Of a DNA stretch of 64,000 bases, positions 47,847 to 57,621 are shown in pieces. A program made the translations under genes and the position numbers. Under the pieces are notes generated by a model, which was not told the DNA's origin, did not search any database, and saw nothing but the letters and a program-made list of their open reading frames with translations. The stretch covers positions 5,088,001 through 5,152,000 of the forward strand of contig CBDFKD010000002.1 of assembly GCA_965248695.1 (NCBI GenBank), written 5' to 3'. Within the stretch, counting starts at the first letter, position 1; each line of letters begins with the position of its first letter. This stretch comes from Acidobacteriota bacterium. GTDB taxonomy: Bacteria; Acidobacteriota; UBA890; WLXD01.

Positions 47847-49266
47847 ATGACTCGAAACAAGGTTCTAGTGGCCACCGCAACGCTGACCTGTGCTATCGCG
47901 GCACTCGCGCCGACCGGACGCGGATGGGCGCAGATGGACGGCGGCCACAGCCGCACCGCGATGTACACCGTACGCTCCCAACAGGGCGTCCAGGTGCCGA
48001 TGCGTGATGGCGTCAGTCTGTCGACCGATCTGTACTTTCCGGAAGGCGCGACCGGGCCGTTACCGACGATTCTCGTCCGGACTCCCTACAACAAGGAGAA
48101 CCCGGCAAGCAATCGGGTCAACGTCGAGACGTTCGTTGGCCAAGGCTACGTCGTCGCCGTTCAGGATATTCGGGGCCGGTTCGAATCTCAGGGCCGATAC
48201 ACGGTGCGCGTCGGTGAGCGCACCGACGGCTACGATGCGGTGGAGTGGTTAAGCAGCCAGGCGTGGTCCTCAGGCAAGGTGGGCTCCTTCGGTTGCTCGT
48301 ATCGCGGTGAGACACAATTGACCCTCGCCGCAGCCCGTCACCCGAATCACGTCGCCGGGATACCGATGGCCCCCTCCGGCGGCTACTACTCGCCCGGGCG
48401 GCCGTGGGGCTCATTCGACGGCGGTGCGTTCGAGCTGGCGCAAACTGCCGGCTGGTTCATCGGCAACCCCGCCAAGATTCACTACGGCCCGCCAGCTTGG
48501 GTCGACCGCGAGGAGTGGCTCGCCTCCGAGCAGGCGCGGCTGTTTCGCACCGGCCCGGAAGACCTGCAGGTCGACCGACTCGCGCTGTACTGGACGTTGC
48601 CGGTAGTGGATGTGCTCAACAAGGCCGGCGCACCCCCGAACGACTACGTCGACTATGCCAGCAATTCTCCGGAGGCCGAATACTTCCAGGAGTTGGGCTA
48701 CGTTCGCAGCGACGATCGATTCGATATGCCGATGCTCTACGTCGACACCTGGTACGACTTCGCGCAGGCCGACACACTGATGATGTTCAACCAGATGCGC
48801 GCCAACGCGGTGAGTGAACGGGCACGCGACAACCAGTTCATCATCATCTCACCGACCCGGCACTGCAGTCACAGCGCGGCCACCGAGCAAACCACCGCCG
48901 GTGAGCGCGACCTCGGCGACGCCCGCAAGGGCTTCGTAGATCTCTACCTCGACTGGTACGACCACTGGCTCAAGGGCATCGACAACGGCGTCACCGGCAT
49001 GCCCCGCGTGCAGTACTACCTGATGGGAGCCAACGAGTGGCGCGCCGCCGACAGCTGGCCACCTGCCGGCACGTCGTACAAGAAGCTGTTCCTGCACAGC
49101 GACGGCCGCGCCAACAGCCGGCTCGGTGACGGGGCGCTGTCGGCGACACCTCCCACACAGGAGCCGGCGGATCGCTTCACCTATGACCCTGGTACACCGG
49201 TGATGTCGCTGGGCGGCCAGGGCTGCTGCTCGGGAATGAGCACCGGCCAGGGTGGCTACGACCAGT
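47847..49266 (+). pseudogene. CocE/NonD-family hydrolase, 3'-truncated by IS insertion
   Basis: MRDGV.L.TD, RTPY, GCSYRG nucleophile, YDP..PV; ends at GGYDQ exactly where the IS inverted repeat begins. Confidence 0.85.
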
Positions 49267-50357
49267 TGACCTGACCCCGCGGTTAGTACCATGTCTTATC
49301 TCAGTAACTCGGTGCTGACAAGAGGTTGTTGAGGCCGGCGAAGCGGAGCGCAGCCGGCTTCAACAACGTCGCTTCGGGTGCGGGCGGCCGATAGCTCAGC
49401 GAGCTGTGCGGTCGCATGCGGTTGTAGTGCTGACGCCATCTCTCGATCAGAACCTTTGCCTCCTTGAGCGTGTAGAAGATCTCTCCATCCAGCAGCTCGT
49501 CGCGTAGCTTGCCGTTGAAGCTCTCCACGTAACCGTTCTCCCACGGCGAGCCCGGCTCGATGAACAGCGTCCCCACGCCCAACCGGCCCAGCCAGTCGCG
49601 AACCGCCTCGGCGGTGAACTCTGGTCCGTTATCCGACCGGATGTGCTCAGGTATGCCCCGGTGTACGAACAACCTCCCGAGCTGCTCCAGCACGTCCTCA
49701 GAGTTGAGCTTCCGTGCTACATGGATCGCCAGGCTTTCTCGTGTGTACTCATCGACGATCGTCAGCAGCCTCATAGCCCGACCGTCGTGCGTCCGGTGGT
49801 GCAGGAAGTCATACGCCCAGACATGATCCCGGTGCTGTGGGCGCAGCCGGATGCAGGAGCCATCGCTCAGCCACAGCCGTGCTCGTTTGGGCTGTTTTCT
49901 CGGTACTTTCAGCCCTTCGCGCCGCCAGATACGCTGCACTCGTTTGTGGTTCACGGACCAGCCCTCCATGCGCAGCAACGCTGTCACCCTCCGATATCCG
50001 TAGCGCCCGTACTGTCGGGCTAAATCCACGATCCGCTCCGTCAAAATCTGCTCCTGTTGCGGCTCTCTTGGCACGTACCGGTGTGTCGTGCGTGGTTGTT
50101 TCAGTACCCGACACGCCCGCCTCTCCGAGACGCCCAGCCGCCCCCGTACATGTGCCACCGCCTCTCGCCGCCGAGCTGGGCTCAGAAGTTTCCCTCCGCC
50201 ACTTCCTTCAGGATCGACAGGTCGAGTTCCTTTTCCGCCACCAGCCTCTTGAGCCGGGCATTCTCCTTCTCCAGTTGCTTGAGCTTTCTGGCCTGGTTGA
50301 GCTTCAGTCCGCCGTACTCTCGCCGCCACCGGTAGTAGGTGTGCTCGGTGATTGCTA
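49267..50357 (-). mobile_element. IS3-family element copy A (left end and 5' orfA lost)
   Basis: IR TGACCTGACCCC at 49267; intact orfB; orfA cut at 50357 by copy B; GGGAAAC slippery site 50188-50194. Confidence 0.9.
49301..50194 (-). CDS. IS3-family transposase OrfB (copy A)
   Basis: RYGYRR, WAYDF, SDNGPEF, NGYVESFNGKLRDE (DDE). Confidence 0.9.
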   Translation of the reverse strand, partial: GKLLSPARRREAVAHVRGRLGVSERRACRVLKQPRTTHRYVPREPQQEQILTERIVDLARQYGRYGYRRVTALLRMEGWSVNHKRVQRIWRREGLKVPRKQPKRARLWLSDGSCIRLRPQHRDHVWAYDFLHHRTHDGRAMRLLTIVDEYTRESLAIHVARKLNSEDVLEQLGRLFVHRGIPEHIRSDNGPEFTAEAVRDWLGRLGVGTLFIEPGSPWENGYVESFNGKLRDELLDGEIFYTLKEAKVLIERWRQHYNRMRPHSSLSYRPPAPEATLLKPAALRFAGLNNLLSAPSY

Positions 50358-50434
50358 TGACCTGCCCCCCAATAATCGGGCCAGTCTGAGAGTTAGGATT
50401 TGAGGCTCTCAGGATGGCTCGGGAAGGGGGAAGA

Positions 50435-50713
50435 ATGGCGCGGAAGCGGTACACTGTAGAGCAGATCATCGCCAAGCTCAGGGAGGCAGAGATCGAGCTA
50501 GCGAAAGGGGCCAAGACACCGGAGGCATGCCGCAAGCTGGGAATCAGCGAGAACACGTATTACCGGTGGCGCAAGGAGTACGGTGGACTGAGGGTGGATC
50601 AGGCACGGCGACTCAAGGAGCTGGAGCGGGAAAACGGCCGGCTCAAGAAGTTGCTGGCGGAGACGATGCTCGACAACGCCATCCTCAAAGAGGTTTCGTC
50701 GGGAAACTTCTGA
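50435..50713 (+). CDS. IS3-family OrfA (copy B)
   Basis: YTVEQIIAKLREAE, GISENTYYRWRKEYGG HTH, leucine zipper. Confidence 0.92.
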   Translation: MARKRYTVEQIIAKLREAEIELAKGAKTPEACRKLGISENTYYRWRKEYGGLRVDQARRLKELERENGRLKKLLAETMLDNAILKEVSSGNF

Positions 50714-51594
50714 GCCCGGCACGACGGAGCCGGGCAGTGCACCACGCACAGCAGTCGTTGGGTGTGTCCGAGAGGCGAGCCTGCAGAGTACTGGGCCAGG
50801 TGCGCTCGACGCAGCAGTATCGGCCCAAGGTGCCGCAGGAGGAGAAGGCACTGGTGGAGCGGATGACCCAGCTGGCGACGCAGTACGGGCGCTATGGGTA
50901 CCGGCGGATCACGGCGCTGTTGGTACGTGAGGGGTGGCGAGTGAATCACAAGAGGGTCGAACGGTTATGGCGTCGTGAGGGGCTGAAGGTACCGAAAAAG
51001 CAGCCCAAGCGCGGACGCTGGTGGCGCAATGATGGATCGTGCGTGCGGCTGCGGCCGGAGAGGAAAGATCACGTCTGGGCCTATGACTTCGTGCACGAAC
51101 GAACTCACGACGGGCGAGCGTTTCGTCTACTGACGATCGTGGATGAGTACACGAGAGAGTGCTTGGCAATCGATGTAGCACGCAGGCTCAACTCCGAGAA
51201 CGTGCTGGAGCGACTCGCTGAGCTGTTCGTGAACCGGGGTGTTGCCGATCACATCCGCTCCGACAACGGACCGGAGTTCACTTCTCGGGCAGTGCGTGAA
51301 TGGCTCGAGCGAATCGGTGTGAAGACGCTGTTCATTGAGCCCGGATCGCCATGGGAGAACGGCTACGTGGAGAGCTTCAACGGCAAGCTCCGCGACGAGC
51401 TGCTGAACGGCGAGATCTTCTACACGCTCAAGGAGGCGCAGTGCTTGGTGCACCGCTGGCGCCGCCAGTACAACCAGGTGCGGCCCCATAGCTCGTTGGG
51501 CTATCGACCGCCTGCACCCGAAGCGACGTTGTTGCAGCCGGCTACGCTCCGCTTCGCCAGCTCCAACAATCTCTTGCCAGTACCGATTCTATGA
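50701..51594 (+). CDS. IS3-family OrfB (copy B), expressed by -1 frameshift
   Basis: WAYDF, SDNGPEF, NGYVESFNGKLRDE. Confidence 0.92.
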   Translation, partial: GKLLSPARRSRAVHHAQQSLGVSERRACRVLGQVRSTQQYRPKVPQEEKALVERMTQLATQYGRYGYRRITALLVREGWRVNHKRVERLWRREGLKVPKKQPKRGRWWRNDGSCVRLRPERKDHVWAYDFVHERTHDGRAFRLLTIVDEYTRECLAIDVARRLNSENVLERLAELFVNRGVADHIRSDNGPEFTSRAVREWLERIGVKTLFIEPGSPWENGYVESFNGKLRDELLNGEIFYTLKEAQCLVHRWRRQYNQVRPHSSLGYRPPAPEATLLQPATLRFASSNNLLPVPIL

Positions 51595-51628
51595 GTTACG
51601 AAGTGGCCCAAACACTTGGGGCAGGTCA

Positions 51629-51889
51629 CTGGTGGCTCTTGGTGGCCTTGCCCTGGGGACGGTCGCCATCGGCGGCCTCTCAATGGGCGGCGTGGCGGCC
51701 CAAGGCGCCTTGTCGGGCAGCATCTTGACCCTCTCCGAGGGCGATTCCGAGCGTGTTCTCTTGATCGGCTGGTTCGTCCTCATCGTCGCCATCGCCGCCG
51801 CCGTTGTTGCGGCAATCGTAGCGTTCATGAAGACGACCGCGAGGGACAGCGGCGAGGCAGGTCCGGAAGGACGAAACGATCCGAGCTAG
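51629..51889 (+). pseudogene. 3' fragment of a membrane-protein gene cut by the IS right end
   Basis: Frame LVALGGLALGTVAIGG...TM helix begins directly at the IS end without SD/start. Confidence 0.55.
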
Positions 51890-52180
51890 CGCGACCGTGG
51901 AGACGCGCGAGAGCCAGAATCTCCTCGACGATTACTTCATCCTGATCCGTCCCGGCCTTTCGCCTGACCGCGACCGGCTGGCCCATCCCTGGGACGAGTC
52001 CGACTCGAACCAGGGTACGTGCGGCCCTAGGCCGACCTCGAAGGGGGCGAGTTGCAGAACCTCCTCGCCTCGATCGCAGAAACCCTCTCAGCCGGCTGTA
52101 ACACCGAGCTACCGATCGCATAGAAGAGGGTGACGGCGAGATTCTGAGATCGAGAGTAGCGGACTGAGGAGGATCGAAGC

Positions 52181-52312
52181 ATGCAGAACGCGATCAAATG
52201 CCGGGGCGTCAGCAAGGGGTACCCGCGCTTCACCCTGAACGACATCGATCTCCAAGTGCCGGAGGGCTCGGTCATGGGCTTGGTGGGGCCATGGCGCCGG
52301 CAAGCCAACCAA
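52181..52312 (+). pseudogene. N-terminal remnant of an ABC transporter ATP-binding gene
   Basis: GAGGAGG SD then MQNAIKCRGVSKGYPRFTLNDIDLQVPEGSVMGLVGP, frameshift, GAGK (broken Walker A). Confidence 0.7.
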
Positions 52313-52346
52313 ACGCATCATGAACTCCAAGGGCGGGAACTGCCGC

Positions 52347-53597
52347 ATGAGTGAGTCGGCGGTAGCAGCCACCCCCGTCGCCCGCGGTGAGCGCATCGTC
52401 GCCATCGATGTGCTGCGGGGCTTCGCGATCCTGGGCATCCTGATCATCAACATCCAGAGCTTCGCGATGGTCGATGCGTCGTACCTGAACCCGGCGGCCA
52501 CCTGGCCGGCCGGCGAGCTGACGGGCGCCAACCTGTGGTTATGGGCCGTCAGCTACCTGTTCGGCGACCAGAAGTTCATGACGATCTTCTCGATGCTCTT
52601 CGGCGCGGGCATCGTGCTCATGAGCGGGCGCGCCGAGGCCAAGGGCATCCGGGCCGTCGGCCTGCACTACCGGCGGCAGTTCTGGCTGCTGCTCATCGGC
52701 ATGGGGCACGCCTACCTGCTCTGGTCGGGCGACATCCTGGTGACCTACGCGCTGTGCGCGCTCCTTCTCTATTGGCTCCGCAACCTCTCGCCGCGGACGC
52801 TGATCGCGCTCGGCGTCGTCGTCGTCAGCGTCTCATCGATGCTCTCGTTCAGCGCCCAGTTCTCGATGCCGTATTGGGGCGAGGAGCAGATCGAGGATGG
52901 CCGGCTCGGTTGGGCGCCACCGCCCGAGGAGCTTCAGGCCGGCGTCGACGCCTATCGCGGCGGCTGGTGGGAGCAGATGCCGCAGCGCGCCGCCACCGCG
53001 CTAGCGATCCAGACCTTCATCTTCTTGGTCTGGTTCGGCTGGCGCGCCGGCGGGCTGATGCTCATCGGCATGGCGCTGTTCAAGCTCGGGGTGCTGACCG
53101 CGGCCCGTGAGGACGCGTTCTATAAGAGGATGCTCCTGTGCCTGCCGGTGGGCCTGGGGATCGTCGCTTACGGGATCTCGCGCAACCTCCAAGAAGGGTT
53201 CGCATTCGAGTACTCGATGTTTCTCGGCGCCCAGTTCAACTACTGGGGGAGCATGCTGGTCAGCCTCGGCTACGTGGCGATCGTGATGCTGGTCTGTCGG
53301 CGCGGCCTGATGACGGGGCTGACCGATCGCCTGGCGGCGTGCGGCCGCATGGCCCTGACCAACTACCTTACCCAGACGATCATCTGTACGCTCATCTTCT
53401 ACGGCCACGGGCTGGGCCTCTACGAGCGCATCCAGCGCCCGGGACAGGTGCTGATCGTCCTCGGCGTCTGGGCGGCGCAGCTCCTGTGGTCGCCCTGGTG
53501 GCTGGCCCGCTACAGCTTCGGCCCGTTCGAATGGGCGTGGCGCTCGCTGACTTACGTACTGCAGCCGCTCCGCCGCGCTGCCGAGCTGCGCGGTTAG
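52347..53597 (+). CDS. DUF418/YeiB-family membrane protein
   Basis: RI.AIDVLRGFAILGIL, KFMTIFSMLFGAG, GRMALTNYL.QT, GPFEWAWR. Confidence 0.92.
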   Translation: MSESAVAATPVARGERIVAIDVLRGFAILGILIINIQSFAMVDASYLNPAATWPAGELTGANLWLWAVSYLFGDQKFMTIFSMLFGAGIVLMSGRAEAKGIRAVGLHYRRQFWLLLIGMGHAYLLWSGDILVTYALCALLLYWLRNLSPRTLIALGVVVVSVSSMLSFSAQFSMPYWGEEQIEDGRLGWAPPPEELQAGVDAYRGGWWEQMPQRAATALAIQTFIFLVWFGWRAGGLMLIGMALFKLGVLTAAREDAFYKRMLLCLPVGLGIVAYGISRNLQEGFAFEYSMFLGAQFNYWGSMLVSLGYVAIVMLVCRRGLMTGLTDRLAACGRMALTNYLTQTIICTLIFYGHGLGLYERIQRPGQVLIVLGVWAAQLLWSPWWLARYSFGPFEWAWRSLTYVLQPLRRAAELRG

Positions 53598-53725
53598 CTT
53601 GGCTGCTGTCCTGTTCGCCGTACCGCTCCGAGATGGGGCCATCGGCCTCTAGAAACCGCCTTGGAGCCCCCCCGGCCTCCAGCAATTTCATTGGCCTTAC
53701 CTCTGGAACCCTGCCTATCGCGGGT

Positions 53726-54344
53726 TCACAACGGTTTCGTCATTCGATAGAACTTCAATCCCGGTATGGGCAAGCGCTTTGGCCACTGCGAGTCGACGGT
53801 CATCCCGCGGCGCTCGTAAAATCGGCGAGCTCCCTCATTCTTGGCTGAGACGTCGAGGGATATTCGAGTCGATCCACTTGCACGAGCTCGCTCTTCAAAG
53901 GAGTCCATCAAAACGGAGCCAACGCCATCGCCGCGAAGTTCCTTGTCAACGGCGATGAACTGGAGGTAGAAATCGCCATCGGCGATTGAGTCGGTAATTC
54001 GGATGAGTGGAGCCAACAGTATTAGCACAACCCTCATCCGTAGATTGCGCCTGCCCGCAGCCTGCTTCAGGGGTTGGGGCGAGGAACGGCGATGCTGCTC
54101 GGCGGTGTGGCCCGAGACCATTCCCACAATAGCGTTGTCACATTCTGAGAAGGTTACGTTTTGGTACGAGAGGTTGTGGTCGGGCTGGGCGAACGCTGTG
54201 GCGATTATGTGCGCGACGCGGGGACCGAGCATGAAGCGGACGCGGGGAGAAACCCTCAGCTGCTTCATCGACGTAGTGGGCAAATGCCAGACCCTCTTCG
54301 AACGTGGGGTTGGCGGCCCGAAGGGTTACCGAATGCTGATCCAT
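53726..54344 (-). pseudogene. GNAT acetyltransferase with a frameshift near 54240-54250
   Basis: N-terminus MDQHSVTLRAA..DEAAEGF in one frame and RFMLG...RGDGVGS..N.GARRFYER in another. Confidence 0.75.
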
Positions 54345-54612
54345 GATGATCATTAGCACCTTAGTGTGCGCCCGGGCATTGTCAACTTAGCGGAGATCCT
54401 GGCAGAGTGCGGCCACTGCGACCTTCGGTTGTGAGCCCGACGAGCCACCCAACTGCCGAGCGATCGTGGCGCGGATCAGGGCTAGCTCCGCCTCCTAGCG
54501 AGAAGTGGGGTCAAATCCTGCCCCGCTATTCCAGAAAGCCCCGGTGGCGCAGCGTTCTCCACGATGACCGTCGAGATCGAGTACAAGCCGAAGGGGACGG
54601 ACGGAGCGAACG

Positions 54613-55815
54613 TCAGCGCGCCGAGGCCACCTGGAGCGCGGGTTCGACAGTCGGTGGAACCGAGAAGATGAATAGGCCGCGGGATTGATCGGAAAGCAGG
54701 ATCTGGCCGGGGCCTAGCAGCGAATAGATTCCCCAGGCGCCCCTGAACCGCCTGCCACCACCGCCGTAGGTGTCGTAGTCGCCGGCGAAGCTGAGCTTGC
54801 CGGTGACAGGATTGATGTCATAGACGCGGAGACCCGCCTCGTACCAGGAGTTGTAAAGCCGGTATCCGACAATCATCTGATTGTGCACGCTGCTTGTACG
54901 ACGCACTTTGAGGGAATCCGTCCGCGTCAGCGACACCGAGTCGCCGGTGTCCGTGATCCTGTAGACGGTGATTCCGCCGCCGCGGCGCTCCTCGCCGGTA
55001 ACAACGTACTTGCCATCGGCCGTTGGCCAGGCCGAATGAGTGTTGTTGCCCGGTGTCGATCCCAGGAAGGAAGGCGGAGCGTTGGCCACGTCGCTGACGT
55101 CGTAGATCCATAGTCCACCGTCCCAAGCCGAAGCGTATAGGCGGCCGTCCTGGACCGTGATGTCGTGTACGTTGTCACCGCCGACGTCGGTTATGGTCCA
55201 CTTGTCAGAGCTGATTGTCGCGGGCGCATTGTTGGGATCGAACGCGGTGAGATCGACAATGCTGATGCGATCGCGGTCGGTGTCGCACTGGTACAGGAAG
55301 CCGGCGTCATAGAAGACGTTGTGAACTCCCAGCTCATCGAGCGTCGTTACCCTGGTCAGCAGCTCGGGATTGCTCGGATCACGAACGTCGACGATGAGGG
55401 TTCCGGGCGTGTTTCCGTCGGTGAACTCCTCGACCCCGACGAACATCAGGCCGTTGGCGGCCTTGACGTCCTGGGGGGAGTCTCTGTGGGCCCCCTCATC
55501 CCTGGACTGTGTGCCGGAACGGAGCTTCGACAACCGAGCAGTCGCTTTTCTCCGCGGGGGCCCGAAGCGGAACTCGGACAAGAGCTCGGGGGCTGTAGGA
55601 TCCGAAATATCGACGAGGCTTACCGCCTCATCGCCGTAGTGCCCGACGAAAGCCACGGTACCCTCCGCCCAGACGTCGGCGTACTTCCCGTCAAAACCGT
55701 CCCATCGTCCGACCAGCGCTACCGCCGGATCGTTGCCCGCCGCGGCCGGGGCCGCCGCGATCACCGTGATCGCCGCAATGGCGGCGAGTGGCATGCCACG
55801 TCGCTCTGCTGTCAT
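54613..55815 (-). CDS. Secreted LVIVD-repeat (choice-of-anchor B-like) beta-propeller protein
   Basis: Repeats LVDISDP, IVDVRDP, IYDVSD, VYDIN; VHN/THS motifs; signal peptide. Confidence 0.8.
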   Translation of the reverse strand: MTAERRGMPLAAIAAITVIAAAPAAAGNDPAVALVGRWDGFDGKYADVWAEGTVAFVGHYGDEAVSLVDISDPTAPELLSEFRFGPPRRKATARLSKLRSGTQSRDEGAHRDSPQDVKAANGLMFVGVEEFTDGNTPGTLIVDVRDPSNPELLTRVTTLDELGVHNVFYDAGFLYQCDTDRDRISIVDLTAFDPNNAPATISSDKWTITDVGGDNVHDITVQDGRLYASAWDGGLWIYDVSDVANAPPSFLGSTPGNNTHSAWPTADGKYVVTGEERRGGGITVYRITDTGDSVSLTRTDSLKVRRTSSVHNQMIVGYRLYNSWYEAGLRVYDINPVTGKLSFAGDYDTYGGGGRRFRGAWGIYSLLGPGQILLSDQSRGLFIFSVPPTVEPALQVASAR

Positions 55816-56025
55816 CTCACGCCTCTCTCAGGGGTATCGATCCGAGCAAACTCGATCTTCGGCCGAGCGACCGCGACCGACCGTCGCTATTACAAGCGTG
55901 AGATGTCGTCGATTAGGCTCACCGGGAGCGACGGCGTTGGCGAGCGATCTTGCGGTGGTTTCGTGAGAAGGTCACGCTGGACGCTGGCCTGCTCCGTGAA
56001 CCAGAAGAGCTAAGAACACCACGAG

Positions 56026-57459
56026 ATGAACAGATCCCGCAGAGCATGCCTGAAGCTCACCGCCGTAGGAGCCGTGGGCCTGCCGCCAACTGCACGATCC
56101 TCCAGCGCATTTGCCCAAACTACTCCGGCCGATACAACGATGCGGTTCCTTGCCGCTGCGGGGCGGGGAGACCTAGACACGGTCAAGCGGTTGCTGGCGT
56201 TCCACCCCCTTCTACTAGGAGCCAGGGACGGTGAGGGACGCAGTGTGTACGCCCTAGCTCTACTTGGCGGCCATCAGAGTGTGGGCAACTATCTGCATGC
56301 TCAGGGCTATCTCGCCGATGTGCACGAGGCAGCTCTCGCCCAGGATTGGGAGCGATTCGACGCGCTGACGACGGATGACGTCTCGGCGGTCAATCGCGAT
56401 CATCCCATCGGGGGTACCGCAATGTACGCCGCGGCCACGAGCGGCGCAGGCCTCGACATGTGGCGGGTCTATGCGGTAACCGGTGATCCTAGTGCCGTTC
56501 CCAGTGGCACACACGGCGCTTCACCACTGCAAGCAGCACTGCGCTACCGAGACCTGCCCGCGGCGGAGATGACGGCAGCTACCCTTCTGGGGAACGACGC
56601 CGATCCCAACCCGCCGAGCAACGCCGATGACCCCCCTCTTCACATCGCGGCCGCTCGCGGCTCGGAGGTGATGGTCGAGATGTTGATCCGTCGAGGCGCG
56701 GCACTGGGCGCGAAGAATCGGAAGGGTCAGACTCTTGGTCAGGTTGCAGAGCTAGCCGGGAACGCGCAAGTCGCTGCGTTGCTCGCCCGACACGCCGAGA
56801 TCCCCCGCACGCACTCGACTTCACGAAGCGCTTTTGATGCGATGGGCCGCGCCTACAGGCCACCTGACATCAGCAACATCCCGCTGGTCGAGCGGCGGCG
56901 TTTCGTGGGTCAGTCTCACGGCAACCTGGAGTACGTCAAGAAGGCCGTCGCAGCGGAACCGCGAATGGTGCACTCGGTGGCTACTACAAGCGAGATTTGT
57001 GTCGAAGCGTGCGCCCATACGGGGCGCAAGGCCGTAGCAGACTTCTTGCTGGAGCACGGCTCTGCGTATTCTCTACCCACCGCCGTGATGAGGGACGACA
57101 AGCCGCGAGTCGAACGACTGCTCGACGAAGATCCGCTGCGTATCTACGAGCGCGGCGCACATGACTTCGCGTTGCTTTGGTACCCGATCATCGGCAAATG
57201 CGATCTGGAAATGATGGAGCTGCTGCTGGAGCGCGGAGCTGACGTGGAGCAACAGCACTTCCTTGGGACAACGGCGCTGCACTGGGCCAGCATTCGGGGT
57301 CCTATCGAGCTGGTCGACTTGCTCATTGCGAACGGAGGCGATGTGAATCGGAAAGGGCGAAAGTTCGATGCGGCGGGAGAGACACCGCTTGAGGCCGCAA
57401 TGGCCCACGACAATCAGGAGATCGCCCAACTGTTGAGACAGCGAGGCGCTAGGGCTTGA
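56026..57459 (+). CDS. Ankyrin-repeat protein with a Tat-like signal
   Basis: SRRACLK N-terminus; GTAMYAAA, PPLHIAAARG, GTTALHWAS, GETPLEAA ankyrin repeats. Confidence 0.88.
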   Translation: MNRSRRACLKLTAVGAVGLPPTARSSSAFAQTTPADTTMRFLAAAGRGDLDTVKRLLAFHPLLLGARDGEGRSVYALALLGGHQSVGNYLHAQGYLADVHEAALAQDWERFDALTTDDVSAVNRDHPIGGTAMYAAATSGAGLDMWRVYAVTGDPSAVPSGTHGASPLQAALRYRDLPAAEMTAATLLGNDADPNPPSNADDPPLHIAAARGSEVMVEMLIRRGAALGAKNRKGQTLGQVAELAGNAQVAALLARHAEIPRTHSTSRSAFDAMGRAYRPPDISNIPLVERRRFVGQSHGNLEYVKKAVAAEPRMVHSVATTSEICVEACAHTGRKAVADFLLEHGSAYSLPTAVMRDDKPRVERLLDEDPLRIYERGAHDFALLWYPIIGKCDLEMMELLLERGADVEQQHFLGTTALHWASIRGPIELVDLLIANGGDVNRKGRKFDAAGETPLEAAMAHDNQEIAQLLRQRGARA

Positions 57460-57621
57460 GGAGCTGCTGGCGTACTTGGGGCGAACCTCATCTCGGTGAC
57501 CATCTGGCCCTGAAGGCGTCATCGACGGTCGACTGGGCCGGCCATCAGAAGAAGATGGCGTCAAGGGACCGCAGCGATCCATAGCGATCTTGACTCCGGT
57601 CGCATACGCCGCCGCGTTCCG

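Larger units (their letters stand above)
50358..51628 (+). mobile_element. IS3-family element copy B (complete, 1271 bp; IS407-group-like ends)
   Basis: IRs TGACCTGCCCC / GGGGCAGGTCA; orfA and orfB joined by GGGAAAC -1 frameshift at 50701; no target duplication. Confidence 0.93.

Noticed and set aside
50182-50556. 124-aa ORF that looks like a complete OrfA for IS copy A
   Set aside because: Chimeric: its 5' part is the antisense of copy B's left end
51897-52133. 78-aa ORF after the IS flank
   Set aside because: No recognisable family or SD; likely debris
53590-53725. attC site next to the GNAT gene
   Set aside because: No convincing RYYYAAC...GTTRRRY pair with internal symmetry
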